DNA of 64,000 bases from Omnitrophica bacterium GWA2_41_15. GTDB taxonomy: Bacteria > Omnitrophota > Gorgyraeia > Ghiorseimicrobiales > Ghiorseimicrobiaceae. The notes under the pieces were generated by a model. It searched no databases. It saw only the letters and a list, made by a program, of their open reading frames with translations, and had not been told where the DNA came from. Both the position numbers and the translations under genes were made by a program. The DNA lies in NCBI GenBank assembly GCA_919902105.1, contig CAKKQO010000023.1, positions 2,128-66,127 on the forward strand, in the 5' to 3' direction. Every line of letters begins with the position of its first letter. Position 1 is the stretch's first letter. Below are positions 1-11,728 of this stretch, one piece after another.

Positions 1-4
1 GGGG

Positions 5-868
5 TTGGACAGTAAAATTTCCAAGCCGTTATATATCTATACTACGGATAGTCTAAGCCCAGTCATAAAGATAGAAGTTTCAGCGGATGTCGCTGGCAAG
101 AAGGAAAAATTCGTGAGCAGGTTTTTAAACTTCAGCTCTTTGGCAGTATTGGGGGCAGGTCTTGTTGACGGGATTAACCCTTGCGCTTTTACGGTAATGG
201 TATTTTTCATTTCTTTTTTATCCTTTGCCGGATACAGCAAGAAAGATATGCTTATTGTAGGGGGTTTATTCATTTTGACCTTATATATAACCTATTTATT
301 AATCGGCGCAGGGCTATTTAAGACCTTAAGAAGCCTTGAAATATTTACTTATTTTTCGCGCATATTTTATCGCTTGATTTCTGGTTTCGCCTTTGTTATC
401 GGTTTGTTCAATCTATATGATTTTTGGGTCTATCGAAAGACAAAAAATCTAGACAAGATAGTTTTAAAGCTTCCCGCTTTAATCAAAAGAAAGATACAAG
501 GCATGATAAGAGAAGGAATGATAAAGAAAGAAGGCAAGGATAAACCGTTATTTGCTCTTATCATTGCCAGCATAACCTGCGGATTTTTAGTTTCGATTTT
601 AGAATTACTTTGCACCGGTCAGTTATATCTGCCGACAATTGCCTATATTTTAAAGGTTCCGGACTTAAAAATTAAGGCGGTAGGTTATCTATTATTTTAT
701 AACCTGATGTTTATTGTCCCGCTCTTAGCCGTATTTATCTTAGCCTTCTTTGGCTTGACCTCAAGCCATTTTGAAAAACTTACCCGTAAGCATCTATCAG
801 CAGTTAAATTAGTTACTGCGGTTTTATTTTTTGGCTTAGGGTTAGCTTTATTAATCGTAAAAAGGTAA
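5..868 (+). CDS. DsbD/CcdA-family transmembrane thiol-disulfide electron transporter (possibly 5'-truncated by the window edge)
   Basis: Polytopic hydrophobic ORF with two membrane Cys motifs typical of the family (LVDGINPCAF and ELLCTGQLYLP). The frame is open to base 2, so the true start may lie upstream. Confidence 0.6.
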   Translation: MDSKISKPLYIYTTDSLSPVIKIEVSADVAGKKEKFVSRFLNFSSLAVLGAGLVDGINPCAFTVMVFFISFLSFAGYSKKDMLIVGGLFILTLYITYLLIGAGLFKTLRSLEIFTYFSRIFYRLISGFAFVIGLFNLYDFWVYRKTKNLDKIVLKLPALIKRKIQGMIREGMIKKEGKDKPLFALIIASITCGFLVSILELLCTGQLYLPTIAYILKVPDLKIKAVGYLLFYNLMFIVPLLAVFILAFFGLTSSHFEKLTRKHLSAVKLVTAVLFFGLGLALLIVKR

Positions 869-873
869 ATAAA

Positions 874-2636
874 ATGGTGAAAAAAGTAAAATCAGCTTTT
901 TTGTTTATCGGCGTATTATCTTTTTTGTTTTTTAGCCAGCGTGTTTTTGCCGAAAAAGTCACTATCCTTTATACCGGTGAAACACACTCTACGCTTTATC
1001 CCTGCGAATGCCCTTCAGGCCTTAACGGAGGGGTATCCGCGCGCGCTACAAAGGTTAAAGAGATACGTAAAGAGGAAGCGAATGTTTTGCTTGTCGATAG
1101 CGGCGGCGTATTTGCCGGGGGGTTACTTGATGAAAACAGCCAGAATGTTGATTTGGACAAAAAAAGGACCCTGATAAATTTAGATGCGGTAAAAATAATG
1201 GGTTACGATGCTATAGCCGTTGGTGATGAAGAGTTTAATTTTGGCGAAGATTTTTTAAAAAACTCAACCAAAGAAAAAAATATTCCCTTTATCTCTGCGA
1301 ACATAGAAAGCGATTATTTATTGCCTTTTCTTCTCAAACAAGCAGGTAATAGCAAAATCGGCATATTGGCTTTGACTGCCCCTGAAATAAAAAATAAGCT
1401 CGCCGATATAAAGTATATCGAGCCGAAAGAGGCTTTGGAGAAGAATATTCAGGCCTTGCGAGCTAAGGGAGCGGATATAATTATAGTTTTAAGCCACTTA
1501 GGCGAAGAGGAAGATTTAAATTTAATCAAACGCGTTGAGGGCGTTGATATTTTAGTTTGCGGGCATAGGTTGGTAAATGATCCTAACCCGCAAGCCAAAA
1601 TCGCCAATACTATAATCTTGCGGCCTGCCTGGCAGGGAAGAAAATTAGGCAGGATAGATTTAACTATAGATAAAGGTAAGATTCTAAATTATGCGATAAA
1701 CGATATAAAAATAGATAAAGAAATAAAAGACGACCCGGAAGTTTCTCTCATTTTACCCAAGTGTTTTTCTGATAAGGATTGCAGACAAAAAGCCCTTATC
1801 GGTAATTGTGAAAATCCGGCCACTCTTTTTGCCAAGTGTGTTTTTAAAAAGCCTGAGCCGGTTTCGCTGCTCATCGTCAAACCCAAGAGCTGCATTACCT
1901 GCGAGATAACAAGAGCCATTGAAAAGCTTAAGCATACCTTTTCCGATATCAATATTTCCTATTTAAATTATGAAACTAAGGAAGGCGAGGATTTAATTAA
2001 GAAATTAGGCATAGATATGCTTCCGGCATATATTTTTACTAAGGATATAGAAAAAAATCTAAACTTCAATAGTTTTAGCAAGTTTCTTATCCTTAAGGAA
2101 GATAAGTATATTATTGACCCTTCGCTGACGGGTGTTTCTTTCTTTATCGGCCGGCCGAAAATTAAAAATAAATTAGACTTATTTATAAGCCTCTATGATA
2201 AAAATAGCGCTGAGCTTTTGGCGGTGATGCAAGATTTTTTAAGGCAGAGGAAGGAGATTGAATTTAAATTCCATTTTTTAGGCCTTAAAGCTCAAGATAA
2301 AATAATTACTCCAAACGGCCTACCTGAACTTGAAGAAGACTTACGCTCTATCTGTGTAGCGAATAAGTACCCGGATAAATTATGGGATTATCTTTCCTGC
2401 CGCGTAAAAAATATAGAGAGCAGCTGGTGGGACAATTGTTTAGAGTCTTGCGGCTTAAATATTAACTTAATAAAACAATGCAGTAATTCGTCCGAAGGAA
2501 TGGAGCTGCTTGGCGATAATCTAAGTTTAAGCTCAGAATTGAGTATCAGAACCTCGGGGGTGTTCCTGCTTAATAACCAAGAGATATTCAGCACTGTAAA
2601 TACTCCCCAGAAGAAAGAATTAGAAAGGATAATCAA

Positions 2637-2640
<4 letters not shown>
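874..2640 (+). CDS. Secreted fusion protein: degenerate 5'-nucleotidase/metallophosphatase-like N-domain plus thioredoxin/DsbA-like C-terminal domains
   Basis: Signal-like N-terminus (FLFIGVLSFLFFSQRVFA). The N-half resembles the UshA/calcineurin-like fold, but the first metal motif reads GETHS..PCEC. The C-half carries a CxxC (SCITC) in a thioredoxin-like context. The gene starts 5 nt after the CcdA-like gene. Confidence 0.45.
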
Positions 2641-5148
<2,508 letters not shown>

Positions 5149-5188
5149 TTCTATAAGGTTTTCTCTATTAAATAAAGGTTACATTTAC

Positions 5189-5360
5189 ATAATGAAAATT
5201 TTATGCGCCGCACGGAAATTTTTTGCCGACTGCTGCGATTTACAACTCGCAAATTTGCCGAAATTCCCTTACGGTCAGTTTCGGCATTTACTCATTGTAA
5301 TCTCTGGCAGTCTTTTGCCAAAAAATTTCTAATTGTGCTTGCTCATAAAATTTTCATTAT
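5189..5360. repeat. About 172 nt whole-length imperfect hairpin element (element E)
   Basis: Perfect 17-bp terminal inverted repeat, ATAATGAAAATTTTATG (5189-5205) with CATAAAATTTTCATTAT (5344-5360). Inner arms are also complementary (GAAATTTTTTGCCGACTGC / GCAGTCTTTTGCCAAAAAATTTC). Central hairpin TGCCGAAA..TTTCGGCA. Confidence 0.8.
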
Positions 5361-5388
5361 AATAAATTATCGCACCCTTAAACTTTGC

Positions 5389-5416
5389 TTGACTTTCTTG
5401 GGTAATGTGGTATAGT
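5389..5416 (+). promoter_or_regulatory. Candidate sigma70-type promoter for the OmpA-like gene
   Basis: TTGACT, 16-nt spacer, TGgTATAGT (extended -10), about 60 nt upstream of the AGGAGG-ATG at 5479. Confidence 0.45.
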
Positions 5417-5478
5417 TTTAGATAATTATAATTACCCGCCTAAAATATTCTAATAATATTTTTAATCAGGAGGTAGAG

Positions 5479-6156
5479 ATGTTGAGAGATGTAAAAAAAG
5501 GAATGTGGGTATTTTTTATTTTGGCATTAGCGGTTACGTTGAGCAGTTGCACTATAATTTTCCAGAAAGGAAGAAAGTCGGATGTCTCTCAAATAGAGAC
5601 TTTGAGCAAGCGGTTAAGTGAACTCGAGGATGTTAAAAAATTACTAGAGGAAAGGCTAAAGCAAGAAATTGCCGATAAACAGGTAAAGTTAGAAATGGCA
5701 GAGAAGGGTTTAGTGATTACCTTTCTTGCCGATATTCTCTTTGATTCAGGAAAGGCAGAAATCAGGCCGACAGCTTACGCGGCTTTAGATAAAATCGCTC
5801 GGGTGTTGAGTGAAAACGTCCCGGATATGAATGTAGGCATTGAAGGGCACACCGATAATGTTGCGATTAAACATTCAGGGTGGAAGTCTAACTGGGAGTT
5901 ATCGGCCCATCGCGCCTTAAGCGTATTGCATTATTTAGCAAACAAAAAAGGAGTTGCAGGAGAAAGAGTTTCGGCGATCGGCTATGGAGAGTTTCGTCCC
6001 GTCGCCTCCAATGATAGTAAAGAAGGGCGTCAGCTTAACCGCCGGGTAGAGATTGTTATCTTACCTAAGGTAACTAAGATAAAAAAGGCAGAAGCTAATA
6101 TGCCTCAAGAAGCACCGGCTGCTGAAGAAGTTGGGCAGGAAGAGAATTTGAAATAG
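5479..6156 (+). CDS. OmpA/MotB-domain peptidoglycan-binding lipoprotein with coiled-coil linker
   Basis: Signal plus lipobox (LTLSSC). C-terminal OmpA_C-like motifs (FDSGKAEI, GHTDN, NWELSAHRA, NRRVEIV). Strong RBS AGGAGG. Confidence 0.8.
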   Translation: MLRDVKKGMWVFFILALAVTLSSCTIIFQKGRKSDVSQIETLSKRLSELEDVKKLLEERLKQEIADKQVKLEMAEKGLVITFLADILFDSGKAEIRPTAYAALDKIARVLSENVPDMNVGIEGHTDNVAIKHSGWKSNWELSAHRALSVLHYLANKKGVAGERVSAIGYGEFRPVASNDSKEGRQLNRRVEIVILPKVTKIKKAEANMPQEAPAAEEVGQEENLK

Positions 6157-6195
6157 ATTATATCATTCATCAGTCTAATTCCGAGGGAGGAGCAT

Positions 6196-6597
6196 ATGAT
6201 TGAGGAGGCAGTTAAGAATCGTATAATTTTAATCGTGAGCACTCTGTGTTTGATATTTTTCTTCTGGGCTATTGGAGCGCACAGCGAAATAGGCAAATAT
6301 AAGAAGAATATGCAGGACGAAATCAGGAAACGTATAGAGATGGAGGAGCAGAACACAAATTTCTTGAAAGAAAAATCTAACTTTGTGGAAAGTATCAAAC
6401 AGTTAACCGCCCAATTAGAAGAAGAAAAAGCAGTAAATCAAGCTACCAAAAAGGCTTTAGTGGAGGAACAGCTAATGAACGACAGCCTTAAGCAGGAAGT
6501 AGAAAAAGAGGCCCGGCTTAAGCAAGTCATCGAAGAAGATTTGAAAGAGGCATTAATGAAGGATTCGCAGAAACAGAAAAAGCAAGGCTCTCGATAA
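6196..6597 (+). CDS. Membrane-anchored coiled-coil protein, unknown function
   Basis: One N-terminal TM helix followed by an E/K/Q-rich heptad-like sequence. RBS GGAGGAG upstream. Confidence 0.5.
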   Translation: MIEEAVKNRIILIVSTLCLIFFFWAIGAHSEIGKYKKNMQDEIRKRIEMEEQNTNFLKEKSNFVESIKQLTAQLEEEKAVNQATKKALVEEQLMNDSLKQEVEKEARLKQVIEEDLKEALMKDSQKQKKQGSR

Positions 6598-6635
6598 GAC
6601 AGGAAATTTTCCTTAAAGCGTTTAATGCAAGCTTT

Positions 6636-6663
6636 AAAACGGGGGATAAAAATCCCCCGTTTT
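6636..6663 (+). terminator. Intrinsic terminator, bidirectional in appearance
   Basis: AAAACGGGGG-ATAAAAA-TCCCCCGTTTT: GC stem flanked by an A-run and a T-run. Confidence 0.65.
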
Positions 6664-6669
6664 GTTAAC

Positions 6670-6789
6670 CCCGTTAGAGATAACACATCTCACTAAGCAA
6701 GCGGGGTTTGATAATTATGGAAGCATGAGTTTTATCGAGCGCAGGATCTTAAAGAGACGGTCGTCTAAAGACGACCTATCTCTAACGGG
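6670..6789. repeat. 120-nt element closed by a perfect 13-bp inverted repeat
   Basis: CCCGTTAGAGATA (6670-6682) pairs with TATCTCTAACGGG (6777-6789). Internal hairpin GGTCGTC-TAAA-GACGACC (6759-6776). The element ends 7 nt before the uppS ATG. Confidence 0.7.
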
Positions 6790-6796
6790 ATAAAAT

Positions 6797-7498
6797 ATGG
6801 TTCCTCAGCATATAGCAATTATAATGGATGGTAATGGCCGTTGGGCCGAGGCTCGCGGCCTTCCGCGCGCCTTCGGGCATAGAGAAGGCGTAAAGCGAGT
6901 AAAAGAAATAGTCAAGGCCGCCCAAGAATTAGGGATAAGGGTTCTGACTATATTTGCTTTTTCTACCGAGAATTGGGACAGGCCCAAAGAAGAAATCGAT
7001 ATGTTGATGAGATTTCTGGAAAATTACCTTAAAAGCAACGCCAAGGATTTAAAAAAGAAAAATATCAGGTTAAATGTAATGGGCAGGCGTGATCGTATCC
7101 CTGCGCGTTTAACCAAAGAGATTGAACACACAATTAAATTTACTAAAGATAATTCAGGATTTATCCTGAATTTGGCATTAGATTATGGCGGCCGTTTTGA
7201 GATAATCAATGCCGTAAAAACAATAACAAAAAAGGCAAGGGAAGATATATCTTTCGATATTGCCAAGATTACTGAAGAATATTTCTCTCAGCATCTTTAT
7301 ACGAATAATCTTCCTGACCCGGATCTTCTGATACGCACTTCGGGTGAGGAACGTATAAGCAATTTTATGCTTTGGCAGCTTTCTTATACGGAGTTATATT
7401 TTCCCGAAAAATTCTGGCCGGATTTTAAAAAGAGGGATTTAGAAGAAGCTATAGAATTATTTAATAAGCGCAAGCGTAGGTTCGGGAGAATAGAATGA
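6797..7498 (+). CDS. uppS: Undecaprenyl diphosphate synthase
   Basis: HIAIIMDGNGRWA, FAFSTENWDRP, RTSGEERISNFMLWQ motifs. Confidence 0.95.
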   Translation: MVPQHIAIIMDGNGRWAEARGLPRAFGHREGVKRVKEIVKAAQELGIRVLTIFAFSTENWDRPKEEIDMLMRFLENYLKSNAKDLKKKNIRLNVMGRRDRIPARLTKEIEHTIKFTKDNSGFILNLALDYGGRFEIINAVKTITKKAREDISFDIAKITEEYFSQHLYTNNLPDPDLLIRTSGEERISNFMLWQLSYTELYFPEKFWPDFKKRDLEEAIELFNKRKRRFGRIE

Positions 7499-8319
7499 CG
7501 GTTAAAAGGATAATCAGCGCATTATTTTTAATCACCTTAAGTGTCTCCGTAATTTTACTTGACTATCACTTTAAAATGCATTGGCCTTTTAGTTTTTTAA
7601 TTATCTTTTTAATCGGCGCGGGACTTTATGAATTTTTTACCCTCATAGAGCGTAAGGGCATTAAAATTTATAAATATTTCGGGATTGCAGTCGGGTTGCT
7701 TATCCCGCTTTCAATATACCATAAATTTGAGCTTACCAAGGGGTGGGAATTGTTATTTATCGTCCTGCTTTTATTGATTATTTTTTTACTGCAGTTTGCC
7801 CGCCGTGATAGCCGGGGGGCTGTGGAAGGGATTTCCACTTTGTTGTTCGGGATACTTTATATTTCATGGCTGTTTAGCTTTATTATCAAGCTCAGGTATT
7901 TACCTCAAGGGACAGGCCTGGTGGGCGCCCTTTTATTGATAACTAAATCCGGAGATATCGGCGCATATCTTATCGGCACAAGATTTGGCAGGCGCCCGCT
8001 TATTGCCTGGATTAGCCCGAAAAAGTCTATAGAGGGGACCGCAGGCGGATTTATCTTTTCCGTGCTTGCCGCCTTAGCCAGCAAGGTATTCCTTCCGTGG
8101 TTATCTTATGCGCATTGGGCTATGGTAGGGCTTTCTTTAGGGGTTTTAGGACAATTAGGGGACCTTTCAGAATCACTGATTAAACGCGATTGCCGAAGTA
8201 AGGATTCCGGCTTAATATTCCCGGGGATGGGCGGGGTTATGGATATAATTGACAGTTTATTATTTACGGCCCCGGCCTTTTATTTTTATATGAGTTTTTT
8301 AATAAACAAAACACTCTAA
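7495..8319 (+). CDS. cdsA: Phosphatidate cytidylyltransferase
   Basis: Polytopic membrane protein with the C-terminal CTP_transf_1 signature (SLIKRDCRSKDSG..PGMGGVMD..DS). Sits in the conserved uppS-cdsA-dxr-rseP order. Confidence 0.9.
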   Translation: MTVKRIISALFLITLSVSVILLDYHFKMHWPFSFLIIFLIGAGLYEFFTLIERKGIKIYKYFGIAVGLLIPLSIYHKFELTKGWELLFIVLLLLIIFLLQFARRDSRGAVEGISTLLFGILYISWLFSFIIKLRYLPQGTGLVGALLLITKSGDIGAYLIGTRFGRRPLIAWISPKKSIEGTAGGFIFSVLAALASKVFLPWLSYAHWAMVGLSLGVLGQLGDLSESLIKRDCRSKDSGLIFPGMGGVMDIIDSLLFTAPAFYFYMSFLINKTL

Positions 8320-9473
8320 TGCAGCCAAGCGTAAAACAGGTAATTATATTGGGTTCTACCGGTTCCATCGGAGAACATACTCTAGATGTGATTTCTCGCA
8401 ATAAAGAAAAATTTAGAGTATTGGGTTTATCCGCGCATTCTAATAGCGAATTGCTCTTAAAACAGATTGATAAATTTTCTCCTGAATATGCGGCGCTCGG
8501 CGATATAGATAAAGCAAAAGCAATAGAAAATAGGATTAAAGGCAGGACTAAAATTTTAAAGGGCGAAGACGCCATAGAAAATTTACTTGATAAAAAAAGC
8601 GATTTAGTAGTAGTGGCAATAAGCGGCGGCCGCGCTCTCTTACCCGTGTTAAAAGCCTTAGAGACGGCTAAAGCAATTGCTTTAGCAAATAAGGAAGCTT
8701 TGGTAATGGCCGGGCACTTGATAATGAAGAAGGCAGAAGAAAAAAAAGTTAAAATAATCCCTGTGGACAGCGAGCAGAGCGCGATATTCCAGTGCCTTAA
8801 AGATGAAAATACGCATGCAATAAAAAAAGTTTATTTAACTGCTTCCGGCGGGCCGTTAAAAAACATAAGCAGGAAAAATTTTTTTAAAGTTACTCCGGAT
8901 AAAGCCCTTAATCATCCACGCTGGAAGATGGGTAGAAAAATCTCCATTGATTCGGCAACATTGATGAATAAAGGCCTGGAATTAATCGAAGCAATGTGGT
9001 TATTCGCTCTTAAGTCAGAGGCAATAGAAATAATTATACACCCCGAGGCAATAATCCATTCTATGGTAGAATTTATCGACGGCGTAGTTTTAGCACAATT
9101 GGCAGTTGCCGATATGCGTATCCCTATTCAATACGCTCTAACGTATCCGGAGCGCATAAGTTCGGGTTTTAAAAGTTTAAATTTTTCCGCAATTAAAAAA
9201 TTGACTTTTGAAAAGCCCGATTTTAAAAAATTTCCCTGCTTGCGTTTAGCTAAAGAGGCCTCTCTTTCCGGCGGGAGTGCTCCCTGTGTATTAAATGCCG
9301 TCAATGAAGAGGCAGTGAATGCCTTTTTAGACAGGCGCATAAGTTTTATCGCTATCCCGAAAGTAATTGAAAAAGTTTTAAGCAGGCATAGAGTTGTAAA
9401 GTGTCCGGATTTAGAACAAATTTTAAAAACCGATGCCTGGGCAAGAAATGAGGTTAAATGTTTAATTTCTTAG
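8319..9473 (+). CDS. dxr: 1-deoxy-D-xylulose 5-phosphate reductoisomerase
   Basis: ILGSTGSIG NADPH motif, LANKEALV, NHPRWKMG, IHPEAIIHSMVEF. Confidence 0.95.
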   Translation: MQPSVKQVIILGSTGSIGEHTLDVISRNKEKFRVLGLSAHSNSELLLKQIDKFSPEYAALGDIDKAKAIENRIKGRTKILKGEDAIENLLDKKSDLVVVAISGGRALLPVLKALETAKAIALANKEALVMAGHLIMKKAEEKKVKIIPVDSEQSAIFQCLKDENTHAIKKVYLTASGGPLKNISRKNFFKVTPDKALNHPRWKMGRKISIDSATLMNKGLELIEAMWLFALKSEAIEIIIHPEAIIHSMVEFIDGVVLAQLAVADMRIPIQYALTYPERISSGFKSLNFSAIKKLTFEKPDFKKFPCLRLAKEASLSGGSAPCVLNAVNEEAVNAFLDRRISFIAIPKVIEKVLSRHRVVKCPDLEQILKTDAWARNEVKCLIS

Positions 9474-10534
9474 TTCCGATTATCATTTTAAGCGTTCTCA
9501 TTATCGTGCATGAATTTGGGCACTTTATTGTTGCCCGGCGCGTCGGCGTTAAAGTAGAGAAGTTTTCTTTGGGATTCGGCCCAAAATTATTCAGCATAAA
9601 AAGAGGCGATACTTTATACCAGCTCTGCGCTATTCCTTTAGGCGGATATATTAAGATGGCAGGCGATGAGTATGGCGAATACAAAGGCGCAAAAGATGAA
9701 TATCTGGCGCAAAAGCCTGCCAATAAAGCCAAGATTATTTTCGCCGGTGCCGGGCTAAATTACTTATTAGGCTTTGTCTTTTTTTCTTTTGCCTTACTCT
9801 TGGGTATCCCTGATTCTACTACAAGGGTGGGAGAGGTTGTATCGGGATATCCTGCTTTTGAGGCGGGAATATTGCCTAAAGACAAAATAATCGCCGTAGA
9901 TGGCAAGAAAGTAGAGTTTTGGATAGAAATGGTGGGGCTTATCCATGGGAAAAAAGGCGCAAAGGTCAATATAGCTTTATCAAGGGCGGATAAACTTATA
10001 GAATTAGAAATGCCTACCAAGTTAGAGGCCATTGAGACTACAGGAGGCAGGCATGAAATATCGCTTATCGGAATAAAACAAGGGCGTTTAAAATATGGGC
10101 TAAAAGATGCATTTGTTGTAGGCATAAAAGATTATTTAAAAACCACATTATTTTATTATAAGACGCTAGGATTAATGTTTAGCGGGAAAATATCTTTTAA
10201 ACGCTCTGTTGCCGGGCCTATCGGGATTTACTATATTACAACTGGGGCGGCTACGGCGGGTTTAGGCCCGTTGTTGTATGTATTGGCCATACTTAGTTTA
10301 AGTTTAAGCGTGATTAATTTGCTGCCCTTTCCGGTATTAGACGGAGGGCATCTTGCCTTTATTGCCTTAGAAAAAATCCGGGGTAAAGCATTGAACAGGA
10401 ATACTGAAGAGTTGATTACTCGGGTAGGGATGAGTCTGTTGATAACGCTTGCGCTTTTTACTATTTATAATGACATGGTGAATTTTTCTATTCTTGATAA
10501 CTTTCTAAACTGGATTAAATCTTTTAAGCGTTAA
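9458..10534 (+). CDS. rseP: RIP site-2 metalloprotease (M50)
   Basis: HEFGH zinc motif in TM1, an internal PDZ-like segment, and C-terminal NLLPFPVLDGGH. Confidence 0.9.
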   Translation: MFNFLVPIIILSVLIIVHEFGHFIVARRVGVKVEKFSLGFGPKLFSIKRGDTLYQLCAIPLGGYIKMAGDEYGEYKGAKDEYLAQKPANKAKIIFAGAGLNYLLGFVFFSFALLLGIPDSTTRVGEVVSGYPAFEAGILPKDKIIAVDGKKVEFWIEMVGLIHGKKGAKVNIALSRADKLIELEMPTKLEAIETTGGRHEISLIGIKQGRLKYGLKDAFVVGIKDYLKTTLFYYKTLGLMFSGKISFKRSVAGPIGIYYITTGAATAGLGPLLYVLAILSLSLSVINLLPFPVLDGGHLAFIALEKIRGKALNRNTEELITRVGMSLLITLALFTIYNDMVNFSILDNFLNWIKSFKR

Positions 10535-10541
10535 CCCTAAT

Positions 10542-10582
10542 AACACCTACGCGGTGTTACAGGTTAACACCGCGTAGGTGTT
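10542..10582. repeat. Perfect 18-bp stem hairpin between rseP and ispG
   Basis: AACACCTACGCGGTGTTA-CAGGT-TAACACCGCGTAGGTGTT. No T-run follows. Confidence 0.85.
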
Positions 10583-10601
10583 GCAGGTTGTGAAGAACGG
10601 T

Positions 10602-11717
10602 ATGAATATTGTTCGTCGTAAAACAAAAGAAATAAAAATAGGAAAAGTAAAAATAGGAGGCAATAACCCCATTGCTATACAGTCAATGGTAAAGGTTGAC
10701 ACGAAGGATATCGCCGCAGTTATCCGGCAGATAAAAAGTTTAGAAAAAGCGGGCTGTGAAATAGCGAGGGTTGCCGTTAAAGATAAAAATTCGGCCAAGG
10801 CAATAAGTAAGATTAGGCCTAAAATAAATATTCCTTTAGTTGCCGATATCCACTTTGATTATAACTTAGCGCTTTTGGCTGTAAAAAACGGGGTGGATAA
10901 GATAAGGTTAAATCCGGGAAATATTTTTAAGCCTAAAGAGGTGCGCGCGGTAACACTAGCGGCGAAAAGAGCTAAAATTCCCATCCGCGTGGGGGTAAAT
11001 TCTGGTTCGGTCAGAGGGGAATCCAGCGTGGACAACATGGTTAAAAATGCGCAGGATTACATAAAAATGCTGGAAGAATTTGATTTTCATAATATCATAG
11101 TTTCGCTGAAAGCATCAAATATTTTGGATACAGTTGATGCGTATCGTAAAATCTCTAAACTTTGTAATTATCCTTTACATTTAGGCGTGACTGCGACTGG
11201 TACCTCGTATTCGGGGGCAATAAAATCTAGCATTGCTTTAGGGGCGCTTTTATTAGAAGGCATAGGCGATACCATCAGGATATCGCTTACGGAAAAGCCG
11301 GAAGATGAGGTGAACACAGCAAAGATTATTTTAGGCGCCTTAGGGTTACGCCGTTTTGGGCCGGAGATTATCAGCTGTCCAACCTGCGGCAGGTGCGAAG
11401 TGGATTTGGTCAATATAGTTAAGAAACTAGAAAATTCGTTGGCCAGTTGGCCAGTTGGCCAGTTGGCCAGTATAACCGGCAAGCCGGCGGGGCACCCGCG
11501 AGAGCGGGTCGGGCAAGCCGGCAAACCACTAAAGGTGGCCGTAATGGGCTGTGTAGTCAACGGCCCGGGAGAAACCAAAGAAGCGGATATAGGCATTGCC
11601 TTTGGCAGAAAAGAAGGATTGTTATTTAGGCATGGTAAACCCATAAGAAAAGTTCCTGCAGATAGGTGCGTGGAAGTGTTATTAGAGGAAATGAATAAAG
11701 TTTACAATAAACTGTAA
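10602..11717 (+). CDS. ispG: 4-hydroxy-3-methylbut-2-enyl diphosphate synthase (carries a repeat-encoded insertion)
   Basis: [29 protein letters not shown] and GCVVNGPGE motifs. Start moved to ATG 10602 because the TTG at 10578 lies inside the upstream hairpin. Confidence 0.93.
   Translation: [371 protein letters not shown]
11439..11526 (+). repeat. Intragenic GC-rich repeat/palindrome block inside ispG
   Basis: TTGGCCAG x4 tandem (11439-11470) followed by CCGGCAAGCCGGCGGGGCACCCGC-GAGA-GCGGGTCGGGCAAGCCGGC. The ispG frame stays open through the block. Confidence 0.85.
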
Positions 11718-11728
11718 ACTTCCGAGCG

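Noticed and set aside
5203-5415. A 70-aa ORF between purA and the OmpA-like gene
   Set aside because: It lies within hairpin element E and has no RBS. The sequence reflects the palindrome.
11168-11644. A 158-aa antisense ORF, plus a 60-aa alternative-frame ORF (11447-11629), inside ispG
   Set aside because: Both are kept open by the GC-rich repeat block and by codon bias. ispG motifs on the annotated frame are unambiguous.
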